From assembly GCF_009914755.1 (NCBI RefSeq), contig NC_060938.1: a DNA stretch of 64,000 nucleotides. The stretch is one strand, 5' to 3'. The position numbers and the translations under genes were made by a program. This DNA comes from the human T2T-CHM13v2.0 reference genome, Homo sapiens. Within the stretch, counting starts at the first letter, position 1. Each line of letters begins with the position of its first letter. Below are positions 1-16,355 of this stretch, piece by piece. The notes beneath the pieces are model-generated. The model had not been told where the DNA came from, ran no database searches, and saw only the letters and a list, made by a program, of their open reading frames with translations.

Positions 1-1061
1 AGAGGCCAGAATTCTGACTTTTTATGTGAAATAGGATTTTTAAATGCTGGTGATCACTTAAAAAAAACTTAAAAACCCAATACTGGCAAAAGAGGATGCC
101 AGTTTGCAATCCCTGAAGTAGAGAGAGCTCGTGCTGGGGAGAAGTCCACCAAGATGCTTTGAGGCGGGCTGTAGCAAAGTCCTGTTTCTCAGAGCTGGGC
201 TGGGCTGGGGTAGGATCCTTGCAGCTGAGGAGGAGGAAAAGCCACTGAGTCTCCTCCCAGAGCGGGACAAACCAGAGGCCCTTTGCAGTTGCTGGGTCAC
301 CAGCGGGGGTGGCGCATGGAGTACAGACAGTGTAGCTCTTGGCCTGCCAGGGAGACGGATGGTGCCTTTGAAGCAAAGAGGAAGGGAAGGCAGAACCAGG
401 GATGCCTTTGCTGATGAGAGTGCCTGTCAGGGAAGGCGCCACAGGCTGGCAGCTCTTCAAACCAGCAGCGCTTGACCCAGAGCCAGATCCAGCATGGCCT
501 GGCCAGAGGCACCCTGGGAGGCCAGCTGGTCAGTCCCTTGCCTCCCCAAGTTCCCCCTGGGGTCAATGAGCCCTGGGAGGATGCCTAACCTAACTCCAGC
601 CAGACTAATAGGGGCATGGTGACCCTTGACTCACCATCCCATCCCAGCTTTCAGGGAGTGGGGGTAGTGTGGTCTCCATGTTCCTACTATGCCTAAGAAG
701 AGATGGCTCACCTTGGGAGGTGCCAGGCTGAAACTAGGTCCTTTCCGGGTCTGGATGCTGCCGCTCAGGAGCAGGGGCGTGGCCTCAGCTGCCTCTGGGA
801 GCTTCCCGGGAATGACAGGGTTTGAGGGGAGTAGATATGAGAGGGAGCCGCTCCTGGTTCTGGAGTCTTAGGAGGTTCCAACTTGCAGGATCCTTTCCCA
901 GAGCCCTCCATGGAGAAAACAGCAAAATGAAGCCCTTACCTGCTTGCTGTCTGCAAGGGAGGGAGCCGAGCCCCAGCTGATAATCCCCCAGCACTCACCC
1001 TTCCTGAGCTGAGACTTCGGGGCTGTGGAGACCAGCACAGGACATAGTGGTGCTTTTTAAA

Positions 1062-1067
1062 TTTATT
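1062..1067 (-). terminator. Minus-strand polyadenylation signal, candidate 3' end of an antisense lncRNA (VASH1-AS1-like)
   Basis: tttatt on + = AATAAA on -, in an isolated AT-rich patch within the GC-rich UTR. Confidence 0.45.
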
Positions 1068-2279
1068 TTTAACTGTTTCTCATATGTAGCAACCCCTCCT
1101 CCCCTCCTGGGCATGTTTACACAGGCTCTGCTCTGGGGGCTGGCCTGGCTGTGAGGTTTCTGGGGAGGCAGAGAGGCAGGGACTTTGGGGCCTTAGTCAC
1201 CATCCATGGTATCACCTCATCTCACTTCCTGTGAGGGACAGGGCCTGGCTGATGTGATCCCAGCTCCCCCCAGTTCAGGACTGTCTTTCAGCTCCTTTGC
1301 CCCTGGAGGTGGGGGCTGCTGGCTGAGGAGGGGTCAAGGTGAGTTCAAGAAAGCTACCTGTGGAAAATGGACCAGGTTGGGGGGGTGATTGCAAAGTCTC
1401 CCCAAAGCCTGGCTCCTCATGCTCAGTGCCAGGGGCAGAACACTGGGGAGCCAGGTATAGAGAGCCTTCCTGTCATAACTGCCAGTCCTCTTCCTCCAAG
1501 GCCTCTGCATATTCTCATGTTCCCCTCACCCATCATGCCAGCCACCCCTATCCCTCTTCTAGCAGGGCCAAGATGGGGACAGCAGCAGCCCTCTGGCCTT
1601 GGGATGTGATGATAAAGCAAGCCTAGGGCCAGGGTTTGGGGAGCAGAGAGAGCCAAGAAGTTGACCACGTGTGATTTCCAGCCCTTCCCACTGGGACTTG
1701 ACTTCCCAGGTCAAGGAGTCCGTCTCATTCTGGCTGGTCGAGTGACCAGAGGCCTGTGTGAATGTGTGCACCTGCTTTTCCTGCCTGGAATGTTTTCTGG
1801 CTCAGCTGCAGCAACATCTGTGAGCCCAGTGTCTGCCCTGTGTCCCTGGGCTCGCTCCAAGTGCAGGAACATACATGCAGGGCCCAACATGATGATGGTG
1901 TGAAGGGCAGGAAACAGTCCTCTGAAGGAGTGGGGAGGTGGGCAGTCTGCCCCCGCCAGGTACCATCGCCTCCTGCCAGCTTCCTTAGACCAGGCAGGGC
2001 TGCCATGGTGCTAGCTGCAAGTCCATCAGTATTGACCGTCTCGCTCCATCTTGGTCCTCCGGAGTCCCAAGTTTCCTTTTCATCAAATCTGACAAGAGAG
2101 AAGAAACATGGGTGTGCTTGGCCCACAGGGCCTGGTGGTGATGGACCTCCCCGCTCCCTCAAGCTCTGGATGGCTGCAGTGTTGTACTAGACTTTGTTCA
2201 GGCTGTTCTCATCTCAGTATTGCCCCTTCCTTTCACTTTCACACTTCATCTCATTCCTGTTGTCACTTTCCCCGAAACG

Positions 2280-2285
2280 AATAAA
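2280..2285 (+). terminator. VASH1: Polyadenylation signal AATAAA (VASH1 3' end)
   Basis: cgaaacgAATAAAgtctccc at the end of the UTR-like block. Confidence 0.7.
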
Positions 2286-4364
2286 GTCTCCCCAGCTCCT
2301 GCTGTGTAGGCTGGGCAGAAACCACAACACGTAAGCCTTGTCTCCTTTCCTTTGGAGCTGGGGCCCGAGCCCTCCCCCAGCCCAGCGGCATTAGCCCCAT
2401 TGGCTCTGGGAAGAGCCTGACCTGAGGTGAGCCTGAAGCCAGGGAACAGGAAACCTCCCAGCCCCTGCAGTCATGATGAAACTTCTGGGGTTCCAGACTT
2501 CCTCAGCCTGCTGAAGCCCCTCAGGCCTTGTTAACCCTGATCTGTGAGCAGTGCTTTCCCCCTCTTCACACAGTGGGCCTGGCCTCCAGAGGCTCAAGTT
2601 AGCACCCAGGATGTATTCCAGGACCCTGCTCTTCCGGTCTCAGTCCACAGCAGTCCATCAGGAGCAAAGGAGAAATGGGGCATGTTCTCCTGGGAGATGA
2701 GTGTAGCTCAGGAAACCGTAGCAACCTTCTCATCACTTGACATCCAGAACCCATGGGGTGGAAAACACTTCGGGTCCCATCCGTCACCCCCCACTCTTCC
2801 TCTCTGTTGTCCCTCCAGCTCTGGACCTCTTCCCACACTTTCAGACAAGCCCAAACAGTTGAAACCAGACTTGCACAGAAAATATCTTTTGGATTTCACA
2901 GCATATTTCACCCATAACCCTTCCTGCCCTTGTCTCAGCTCTCCTTTCATTCAGCTTAAGGGTAAAACCCAGACCTGTGAGAGAGGAAACAGTGTATTTC
3001 TTACTTTTCATCCCAGCCAGTCCCCACAAGATCGTGGCTAGAAGTGTAGCTTCGCACCGCCAAGACCCCCTCATTTTCAGTGGTGTGGTAGTGACCAGGG
3101 GAGGAGGAGGCATGGCAGCAGGAAAAGGAGAGGTGACCCGCAGGAATCCATAGACATCTGGGACTGTACACCAGTAAACGGAGGCAGTTTTGTTACAGGC
3201 TCCTTTAAATCCAGCTAAAGCATTACCCAAAAAAAGCACTTCAAAGTAACCAGAATTTATGAATACCTTGCATTGCACACCCTTTCATAGACGCAGTGTT
3301 GTAATTTTCATATTTAAGTCCAGCTGATATGATACCAAGTAAAGGGCCTCAGGCTTCAACAAGACAGGTTCATACACAGTGGGGCCCCTGGCCTGCTCTT
3401 GTACAAATGAGGGGCTGGGTAAGTAAGTGCTGGGGTGAGAATCTACGTAATGAGTCAGGTAGGCTCTTTGTGGACACTGGCCATTTTCTTAGAAAGCAGA
3501 AGGAAATGTCATTGCAGACTCCTGGAGGATCAGAACCCGACCTGCTTGGGGGTGGAAGGGGTTACCTCATTTCCTGCTGTCCCATTCCTCAGGCTCACAG
3601 CACGCACCTGCCTAATTTAGGCACCTGACTAACTGGGTTAGACCTTTGGGTGCAGGTGGCCCTTCTCAGAGGCCTGACGATGAAGGGGTTGAAGCTCTGC
3701 TGCCCCATTTACCAGGAGCTGGCATTTGGACCACTACCGTGGAGGTAGTGACAGGAAGCAGTCATACCAAGAACCAAGCAGAATGGCCCAGAAGCAGGCT
3801 GCCTGTAACCCTTAGTGTCTGCCAGCAAGGTGAGGGGACCAGCTGTTGAGGCCTGGCAGAAGATGAGGAGAGGCCATGTCAGGTCAGCTGGCAGGTCACC
3901 TCTCTGAGCCCCGTCCAAATGACAATGTGCACACAGATATACAAACTTTTTCCAACCCTGAGCCTGAAAGGACTTGGTTGTTGGAAGCACAAAACCTCCA
4001 AGAATTTTAAGTGTAGGCTCTGTTCTCTCCACAGCGAGCTGAGGCTTCAGGCCTTAGGGTCATAGGAGCTGACTGGGGATGGGACAGAAGTGCAGAGTTC
4101 CCTCCACAACCCATGAAGTCCACATTCTCTTGCTTCCAGCAGATCTGCACCCTCACCACCATGCTGCCATCTGGCTGGCCCATACCTGGAACAGTCTTGT
4201 CTAGCACATTTGCTCAGGAGGGAGAGGAGAGGGGATGGACCAGAGTGATGGGAGCCCAGGGCTGCAGGGCAGCTCCCCCTGGTGGACCCTAGAGGTGGCC
4301 CCTCCCACTCCTGGGAGAAGAGAAGCCACACTGTGCATTTCGCAGCCAATCAAAACACAACCCT

Positions 4365-4690
4365 CCAATAGAGGGCGGAATGGGGTTACCAGAAGCTGGG
4401 AAAAGCAGGGGAGGAGAATGAAGAGCAGGTGGATGGTACAAAAATATGGTGAGGACTAAGTTCTAGTATTTGATAGTACAGTAGGGAGACTATAGTTAAC
4501 AATTTATTGTATATTTCAAAATAGCTAGAAGAATTGGAATGTTCCCAGCACAAGGAAAAGATAAATGCTTGAGGTGATAAATGTCCTTAAATATCCTGAC
4601 TGGTCATTACACTTTGTACGCATGTATCAAAATACCATATGCAGCCCCAAAATATGTACAACTATCACGTCAATTTTAAAAAGGAAAAAC
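4365..4690 (+). mobile_element. L1MA-type LINE-1 3' end fragment
   Basis: Typical L1MA 3'UTR text (gttaccagaagctggg...ttgtatatttcaaaatagctagaag...gtatcaaaataccatatg) followed by an A-rich tail. Confidence 0.75.
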
Positions 4691-5458
4691 AAAACAACCA
4701 GAACATTCCTCTAGTTAGTAGCTACAACAGGGCAGGAACTGGAGAGAAAAACAAAACAAAAAAAGCAGCAGCCTCCTGACTGGCCATTTCCCTTCTTGGT
4801 CTCCAGTTAAAAGCTGCCTCTGAGCTCCCCCAGCCCCAGGCCCCCACCACCAGCCTCTGCCTTCCAAGATAACCTGTCTTGCCTGATCCTGGAAAGGCTT
4901 GTGAGAAACTTGGGGTGGTAAGAAATAAACCAAAGGAGATTCTCAAATTCTATCTCTGGGATTTCTGTTTCCTCAGGTGTAAAGGTAGAATCTGAACACC
5001 ACCTAAACTGCCACCACACAGTGCCACTGTCTTTGCTAGCTGACGTGGAAGTACTGTGCAAACTTAACAGAAGTGCTGTGGAGATGCTAACTGACTGAGG
5101 CAACTAGGAGGAACCCTCCCTGCCAGGAAGAGGTTCTTGGGGATATACCTCAAAGCTTAGGGCTTTCAAATACTTCCTAGCCAATGGGCCCAACTGTCCA
5201 GCCTGGCTGGGGTAACGATCTACTCCCAACTCCTACCAATAATTCTCTGGAATTCTTAGCACCTTTTTCTTGCCAAAGCCCAAACAAAGCAATTTCAGAT
5301 CTGAAAATTCTTCACAAGTAGAAGTGATTATTAACTTTAATTTCTATTTCACCAAGGAATGTGAACTGAAATACAGAGAGGTTAAGTAACTTACCTACAG
5401 TCACCAGCTGAACAGGCCAAGAGGACAAATGATGTTTCTAATTCCTAGCTGAGTTTTC

Positions 5459-5771
<313 letters not shown>

Positions 5772-6554
5772 GCTAAGTTTTCTTTTTACTAAATCAATTG
5801 AGGGGATCGCAACCCAGGTAGTGCAATGGAAGCAACCAAGTGGCTTTAAATCAATCAGATTCTCAGAGACTGATTCAGAGGCCTGGTGTGGGTTCTGGGA
5901 ACCTGTTCAGGTAAGACAGAAAACCAGATCTGGTTTCAGGGCTCCCAGTGGGCATGTGGGCTTGGCTGGTCTTACTACATAGGGAGGTTGGAAGACAAAA
6001 GCACCAACAGAGGTAGGCCTAGGAAGGAAGAGACATTTTTCCAGCGACAGATGGCCCACTGCTCAGCCCTGGCTCCAGAATGCAAAAGAGATCAGAAATA
6101 GATGCTCAGCAAGAGGCATGTGCCACCCGCATCATGTCTCATGCAGCTGCCATAGCTTTAATCAGGAAAACACACATCTTATCCCACTTTGCACAGACCC
6201 TCCTGAAGTGCAGAAGATACTAGGAGGAGGCATGGGGGGAGCAGATGGAGGAAGAATGAAAAGCAGTCCAAAGAATCATTCTCTCACTTGGGAAGGACAG
6301 AAGAAAGCTGTACCCCAGCAGTGTCAAGGCAGGAGGCTTCACTCAAGCCCTGTTCCTCCCAGGCCTCACAGCAGTGGGAATTTACCTCAGCTAATAGAGG
6401 GAGATCTTACAACACATTTCTCAATCTAGATTCATGTCTTGAGACCCCACCCCAAGATCAAAAGCTCCTTAGTCTCTTCCTCTGCCCACCTCATTCTTCA
6501 GGCCCTCTCTCAAGGACCTAATCCCTTCAGGATCCTAATAAAATGAACAACATT

Positions 6555-8537
6555 GGGGGGAAAAAAGGTAAACCTTTATTTGGAAAAAGAGTTTAAATAA
6601 CAATTTAAAACCCCATTTCACTTTCAAAACAGAAACAAGAAAGCAAGGAAAAGATAATCTATCAAGCATCTGCCCTCTGCTGTGGTTAGCCATTTTAAAG
6701 CTGCATTTCCCAGCAGAAGAGAACAGTGATGGGCCCTAGTCCTAGGAACCCACAGGGCACTGTCTTGAGACCCTTTTAGGCAGTGTCCAGGGAACAGACA
6801 GACAGAATGAATGGTGGGGTGTAGACAGACCTGGGGCTCAGACAGGCACATGCCCAGTACCCAGGAAACAAAGTTTGAAAATATATACACATAGAAAAAT
6901 AAATTCCCTAGAACCTAGGCATGGAAAGCTTCTAACCATGAATGCAGCAGCACAATGCAAACTGGGTCTTTGGCTTTCAAAAAAAGGAAAGAACCTTAAC
7001 CCCTGGCTTACTGTCCCGAACTCAAGTCTCTTGACCACTGTCTTCAGTCCCACTTTGGAGGTCGAGTGAGGCAAGAGCAAGTCAAATCTACCAGGGCCAG
7101 CAGCCACTCTGACTTAGGGAGATGTGTGGAGGGGCTGGCCCAGGATCTCCCAAGGCCACACCCCAGCAATGAAAGATTAAGGCATGCAGGTGACACAGTG
7201 TGGACTAAGGAGTCCCCTGAATAAGCCAGGGTACCCTTCTGTTAGGGGAGGGAAAGCAGACGCAACAAGCAGCTGAGGCCTTGCTGGACAGAGCCAATCC
7301 GCAAGTACTGCCACTTCAAATTCTTGGACCAGTTTTGTCCAAGGCCACCTTTCTGCTGAGGCAGTTTGGCCTGAGCTAAATACCAGGGTTTTCTAGAAAG
7401 GAAATGGAAGGGAAGCGGGAGATGGGAGATAGCAGAAAGTAAAAAGTGGTGGAAGGAGAGGAACAGAAAATTGCTTCTTAGGAGTGGAGAGGAAAGAGAA
7501 TCAGCTTAGGTCTTCAGTCCCAGCTGAGGCAGCTGAAGAGTCTACCTGCTCCTTCCCCTACTGGAACTCCTACCCTTGCCCCAGTTCTGCAGGCTGCAGA
7601 GTCCAGTGAAACAAGAGTTTCCTGAAGACTCTTTCTCCTCCTAATCCTTAAATAGTTTTAAACCTCATACCACTACCCTAGCCCAATGAACCCCACATAA
7701 GGGTTCAAACTTCCGCCTCCCTCAGGGAAGCCTGGGGAAAGGGATGGCCCTTGTGAAATTACACCAGGTCTGTGGGGAGCTCTGGGTTGGAGGCACAGGG
7801 CCCGCTGGGACAGGTAGCGCATCCCCCAAAATTTGCCACTCCAGGATGTGGGCCCCATTTGTTCCCAGAGCCCAGACGCCGGGCCTGCCCTGGTTGGCAG
7901 GATGAATGCCTAATGAAACACAGAGGCTAAAAGGAGAGATGGGGCCATGCCCTGCTGCTGCCTGCTCATACATAGGTACTTGGGTAGACTCTGAACCTGC
8001 CCCAGGCCTACAGCCCCAACATGAAAAGTGGACTGGTCAGAGGCAGGCATGGCTGTGCAGAAGTCTCACCCCAAGAGGACACATACATGATATGCATATC
8101 TCACATATGCATGCCTGGCAAGAGGGCTGGGCCCAGAAGTCCTGAAGGCAGGGAAAAGGTCAGGTCAGAAGGTACATCAAGAAACGGCCTGAAAGCAAAT
8201 AACCAATGAAATCAAGAACTCCCATAACCCTGGTAATTAAAAATCAAGGGGGAGCGCTGGATACATGGAAGGAAGGGGGAGCCCCCCTTCTGCCTCTCCC
8301 AGGGCCACTGAGTGTGTGGCACAGGATTAGGAAGAGGCTGGGGTGGGGCAAGGACCACAGGCAGAGAACGCAGCCAGGCCTGGAGAAAGTCTAACCGTGG
8401 GAAAAAGGGAACGAGGAGGGGGAAGGGAGGGGATGTAAGTTTCTTGGATCTAAGTTTCTAGATGCATGGGATTTTTCCACAGTCTCTGATCCAGTGAGCT
8501 CTTCTGGAAGAGAAGCTCTCTTCCCCTGGGAGCCCTG
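6555..8537 (-). other. ANGEL1: ANGEL1 3'UTR (~2 kb)
   Basis: Repeat-free sequence between the stop codon (8538-8540) and the poly(A) signal. Confidence 0.75.
6575..6580 (-). terminator. ANGEL1: ANGEL1 polyadenylation signal AATAAA
   Basis: tttatt on +, about 2 kb downstream of the ANGEL1 stop; U/GU-rich sequence follows on the - strand. Confidence 0.75.
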
Positions 8538-8698
8538 TCATGGGGCGGTGACTTCCATCCCGAAGCTGGCTAGCAGGCAGAGGTGGTCTGAAGAGCAGAA
8601 GGGGTTGGGTAAGCCATTGGCAGCCCAGAGTATCTCTTCAGAGAGAAGGGAGAGACGACCCAGGAGCTTGAGAGTTCCATCTCGATACAGCCTGTGAT
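8538..8698 (-). CDS. ANGEL1: ANGEL1 exon 10 (last coding exon): DHRLYRDGTLKLLG...SSDHLCLLASFGMEVTAP*
   Basis: Acceptor ttgtgccccAG, phase 1; catalytic EEP SDH motif; TGA at 8540-8538. Confidence 0.96.
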
Positions 8699-8997
8699 CT
8701 GGGGCACAAAGCAGAAGCCAATGGGTAAAAGCAGCCGCAGCCACACTGCATGGGCAGGCAGTGGCAGAGTCCTTTGGGAACGCCTTCTGCAGGCTGCATC
8801 CTCTTGGCTGCCCACTGCCCCTCACCTCCTCTTGCAGCATCTGGCTGAGGAGGCCCCATTTTCTCAGAGATACTCCATAATATCATCAACGAATAAAGAC
8901 AGGTGAGTTCCGGGGAACTGGGGCAAGCTGGAGAGCCCACCATTATAAGATCTTTTGATTTTCCAAGAGAAGCTAGAGATCCAGCTTTTCTATATAA

Positions 8998-9477
<480 letters not shown>

Positions 9478-9919
9478 ATAACAGTAATACACATGCCTGG
9501 CCAAAAAGAAACATTCTTTACACAATACAGGCATGGGGCTGGGAGATTGCTATACTGTGCCCACTGGTATGGGGAGAGGAGACAGAAAATAAGGTCTCTT
9601 ACCTAACCAAGTCCCTCATTCAGTGGCTGTCATTAAACAAACTCAACCAATTCCTAGATCTCTATTTTTACCTCTAAAATGGGGATTGGGAGTGACTGTC
9701 CTACCCTCCTCTCTTTAATGCTGCAAGGGTAAAAAGAGACAAGGCAGGCAAGTGGCCTATGGGGAGAATGATAAGGATGACCAGTGCAAGGGAGGTATGA
9801 AATCTGCTCCTTTGCTGGTTAAATCCCAGCAGCTGAAGACATGCTACCAAATGCCTGACCTACCATTAGCTGTTCCCAGGGACCTGGGGGTGGAGGAACC
9901 CAGGATCCATCAGGCTTAC

Positions 9920-10083
9920 CAGTTCTGTTCCCATTCTCACAGGACTCAGCTGAGAAGAAGATGTAATCTACTGTCATTCCAAGACCCAATGGCATTGTAG
10001 TGACCTCTGGGCGGCCACGCTGGGGCAGGAAGTGGGTATATACTGACGTCAGGTGGAGGCAGTGCTGGATGGTACCTACAGTC
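9920..10083 (-). CDS. ANGEL1: ANGEL1 exon 9: TVGTIQHCLHLTSVY...MTVDYIFFSAESCENGNRT
   Basis: 164 nt, AG/GT bounded (cctgtAG ... G|GTAAGC); EEP VDYIF motif. Confidence 0.95.
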
Positions 10084-10605
10084 CTACAGGGATGAAGGGG
10101 GAAACATTAGTTAACAAAAATTACTAAATTTTCCCTAGATCACTTTTTCTATGGGTTTTATGAAGATTTTTTAAAAGGATGATCTCAGATGACTCAATCT
10201 CAGCCAATTCCTCCCCATGCTAAGAAGGGGCTGGCAGTCTTAGCTAAAATTAGCCTAGAAACACACATTTGTACTGAGACTCCCTAACACTCCTAATCCC
10301 CCACTATCTGCTTGTTACCTGGTAAAGTATCCCCAATGTACCCCTGTCTGGGGCCCAGGCCTCTTCTGTGAGGCTTTACCCTCTGAGGAAAGAGTACATA
10401 GCCTTTTCACCTGCAGTAACATGGGTGGGTCACCTCTGGCTTCTGCATACCTACATAACCCTCTATAAGTTTAGCAGATATTAGGGGAAAAAGAGCTTAT
10501 CAAAAAGTGCTCCCCCAAGTCAACCTCAGGACAACCAATGGGAATCTCTCTCTTACACCTAGGCAAGGGCTGGATTGAAAACAGAAGAGAACTGGAGAAG
10601 GTTAC

Positions 10606-10675
10606 CTGGAGAAGGCAGGCTCAAGCTCCGATGCATCTTCCTCAAGGACAGACTCAGCCCAACCCGCAGGTCGCT
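10606..10675 (-). CDS. ANGEL1: ANGEL1 exon 8: ERPAGWAESVLEEDASELEPAFSR
   Basis: 70 nt, ctgcAG acceptor and AG|GTAAC donor; phases fit exons 7 and 9. Confidence 0.93.
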
Positions 10676-11104
10676 CTGCAGAGGACCAGAGAGAAAAACA
10701 TTTTCTCATCCACAGACAGTGAAGCAGGATCAGAACCTTTCACCCTAAAATCCCTCTCAGATCCTTGACTGGATTGCTTCAGAAGGATCCAGAAGGAGAA
10801 AGGGAGAAACAGTGAGGAGGAGAAGATGACCATAAACCAAAGTCAAGAACCTCAGAAAGCAGATGTAGGGCATCTAACACAGACATTGTCTTCTGTGGCT
10901 CCTCACCTTTGTTTTTCTTTAATTTGATTAAAAAAAAATAAGTCATATAGTCACATGGTACAAAATCAAAATGTAGCAAAAAGTATCAGTGAAGTTTCCC
11001 TCTCACTTGTCCTCCTCTGCCACTCAATTCCCCTCTCCAGAAGCCACCAATGTTACCAAATTCCTGGTATATTCCTTCAAAGACTTTCTATTACATACCA
11101 TCCA

Positions 11105-11205
11105 TTGTGTGTGTCTATGCATGTATGCATACATGTATATATACATACATATTACATATATGTATACATCTATAAGCACACACACACATACATATCATAC
11201 ACACG
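11105..11205. repeat. Degenerate (TG/TA/CA)n microsatellite
   Basis: gtgtgtgtctatgcatgtatgcatacatgtatatatacatac...cacacacac. Confidence 0.8.
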
Positions 11206-12621
11206 AATGTTAAAAAAGGAAGATACAAATTACCAATATCAGGAAAGAAAGAAGGGACATTAGTACAGATCCTACCAACATTAACAGGATAATAAGGATC
11301 AGCAACAACAGTGACAAGCCCTTAGCTAGACCAAGAAAACAGAATACTCAAATTACTAAAATCAGAAATGAAAGAGGGGCCATCACCACCAACCATTTAG
11401 AAATAAAAAATAACTATAAGTGAATGCTATAAATAACTGGATACCAACAAATTGGATAACTTATATAAAATTGAAAAATTCCTAGAAAGACACAAACTAT
11501 GCACAATAACTCAAGAAAAAACTGAAAATCTGAATAGGCCTATAATAAATAAAGAGATTGAATCTGTAATTTTAAAACATCCCACAAAGAAAACACCAGG
11601 CTCAATGGCTTCACTGGTGAATTCCAGCAAACATTTCAAGAGGAATTCATACAAATCCTTCACAAACACTTCCAAAAAAAAGAGGAGACACTTCTCAACT
11701 CATTCTATGAGGCATTACTCTGACATCAAAACTAGATAAAATGTCACAACAAAAACTATAGACCAATATCCCTTATGAATACAGATGCAAAATTCCTCAA
11801 TAAAATATCAGCAAACCAAATCCAGCAAAATATAAAATTATATACTATGACCAAATAAGATTTATCCTAGGAATGTAAGCATGGTTTAACATCTGAAAAA
11901 TCATATAATGTGATATGTCGCAATAGAATACTTAAGTTTAAAAAAAAGCCACATGATTATCTAAACAGACAGAAGAAAAACATTTGACACACTCCAACAC
12001 CCTTTCATGAGTTAAAAACACTCAAAAAACTAGGAATAGAAGAAAACTTTCTCAATCTGATAAAGAGAATCTATGAAAAACTCACAGCTAATATCATACT
12101 TAATGGTGAAAGACTGAACGCTTTACCCCTAAGATCAGGAACAAGGAAAGGGTGTCTGTTCTCACCTCTTCTATTTGACATTGTACCAAAAGTTTTAGTC
12201 AGAGTAATTATGAAAGAAAAAGAAATAAAAGGTATCCAGATTGGAGTAGAAGGAATACTATTTCTATTTGTAAGATGACATGATCTTATATAGAGAAAAT
12301 CCTAAGAAATCCACTAAGAAACTATTAGAACTAATAAATGAATTCAGCAAGATTGCAGGTACACGATCAATACACAAAAATACTTCTATACACTAGCAAT
12401 GAACAATCCAAATATGAAATAAAGAAAATTCCATCTACAATAGCATCAAAAATGAAATAATTAGGAAAAATTTAATAAAAAGTGTAGGCACACTAAAAAT
12501 TACAAAACTTGGAAAGAAACTAAAGATCTAAATAAGGAAAACCAGCCCATGTTCATTGGCCATAAGACAATATTGTTAAAATGGCAATACTTCCCTAGGC
12601 AACAGACTGAGTCCTTGTCAC

Positions 12622-12945
12622 AGAAAGGAAAGAAGGAAAGGAAAGGGGAGACGGGAAAGAGGAGAGGAGAAAGAGGAGAGGGGAAAGAGGAGAGGGGAGA
12701 GGAGGGGAGAGGGGAGAGGAGGGGAGGGTAGGGGAGGGGAGGGGAGAGGAGGGGAGGGGAGGGGAGAGGAGGGGAGGGGAGGGGAGGGGAGGGGAGGGGA
12801 GGGGAGAGGAGGGGAGGGGAGGGGAGGGGAGAGGGGATAAAAGGAAAGAGGAGAGGGGAGGAGGAGGAGGAGGGGAGGAGAAGGAAGAAGAGGGAGGAAA
12901 GGGGAGAGGAGGAGAAAAAGGAGGAGGAAAAAAGGAAAGGAAAGA
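12622..12945 (+). repeat. Polypurine (GGGGA/GAGGA/GGAAA)n tract
   Basis: 324 bp containing only 3 pyrimidines. Confidence 0.95.
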
Positions 12946-13130
12946 TTTGTAGATGCCTATCAAAATCCCAACTGGTTGGTTTTTTTGGTTTTTTTTTTTT
13001 TTGTCTTTTTTTGCAGACACGGATATGATGATCCTAAATTTCATACGGGAATGCAAGAGACCCAGAAGAGACAAAAATCATCTTAAAAACAACAAAGTCA
13101 GAGGACTTACTCGTCCTTATTTCAAAAGTA

Positions 13131-13440
13131 CAGTAATCTATCTTATCCATGGGGGATACATACCGAGTCCCCCAGCGGATGCCTGAAACAATGGATACTA
13201 CCAAATCCTAAATATACTGTTTTTTTCCTAAACATACCTATGATAAAGCTGACTTTATAAATTATGTACAGTAAAAGATTAACAATAATAATAAAATAGA
13301 AAAATTATAACAATATATTGTAATAAGGTATGTGAATGTGGTCGCTCTCTCCCTCAAAGTATCTTAAGGTTTTTGAACCTCAGTTGACCAGGGGTAACTG
13401 AAACCAAAGAAGGCAAAATCACTGAGAAGGCGGACTACTA
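13131..13440. mobile_element. MER44A-like (TcMar-Tigger) DNA transposon
   Basis: Degenerate TIRs cagtaatctatcttatcc / gagaaggcggactacta, TA flanks, internal text resembling MER44A. Confidence 0.75.
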
Positions 13441-13821
13441 TATACAAAACTATAGTAACCAAGACAGTGTGGTTCTGGCATAAGGACAGATACAGACAGG
13501 AAGGGAACAGAACTGAGAGTCCAGAAATCCATACATCTATGGTCAATTGATTTTTGACAAGGGGAGAAGTAAATGGAAAGTGACTCATGGGTGTAAGGTT
13601 TCGTTTGTGGGTGATGAAAATGTTCTAAAATTAGATCATGGTGATGGTCACACAACCCGGAATATACTAAAAGCCAATTAATTATACACTTAAAATGGGT
13701 GGATTTTATGACATGTGAATTTCATCTCAATAAAGCTGTTCAAAAAAAAGGATATGGGAATGTTACGAACAACTTCACGCCAATATATCTTATAATTTAG
13801 ATGAAATGAAATACCCCTTTA

Positions 13822-16355
<2,534 letters not shown>

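Larger units (their letters stand above)
1..2330 (+). other. VASH1: Distal 3'UTR of vasohibin-1 (terminal exon, noncoding part)
   Basis: Repeat-free GC-rich noncoding sequence ending at AATAAA (2280-2285). Gene identity is inferred from the known VASH1-ANGEL1-LRRC74A gene order; no VASH1 coding sequence is visible in the window. Confidence 0.7.
11210..13750 (+). mobile_element. Old LINE-1 (L1M/L1MB-like) ORF2 remnants and 3' end, interrupted by a purine tract and MER44A
   Basis: Degenerate ORF2 peptide (MDNLYKIEKFLERHKL...ENLNRPI..KEIESVI), tatagaccaatatcccttatg (YRPISLM), and an L1MB 3' end with aataaagctgtt. Confidence 0.88.

Noticed and set aside
1-4350. Many 60-165 aa ORFs in the VASH1 UTR and intergenic region
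   Set aside because: Expected by chance in GC-rich DNA; no recognisable domains. A micropeptide cannot be excluded without Ribo-seq.
12595-13074. 159-aa Pro/Ser/Leu-rich ORF on -
   Set aside because: Artefact of the (CCCCT)n tract
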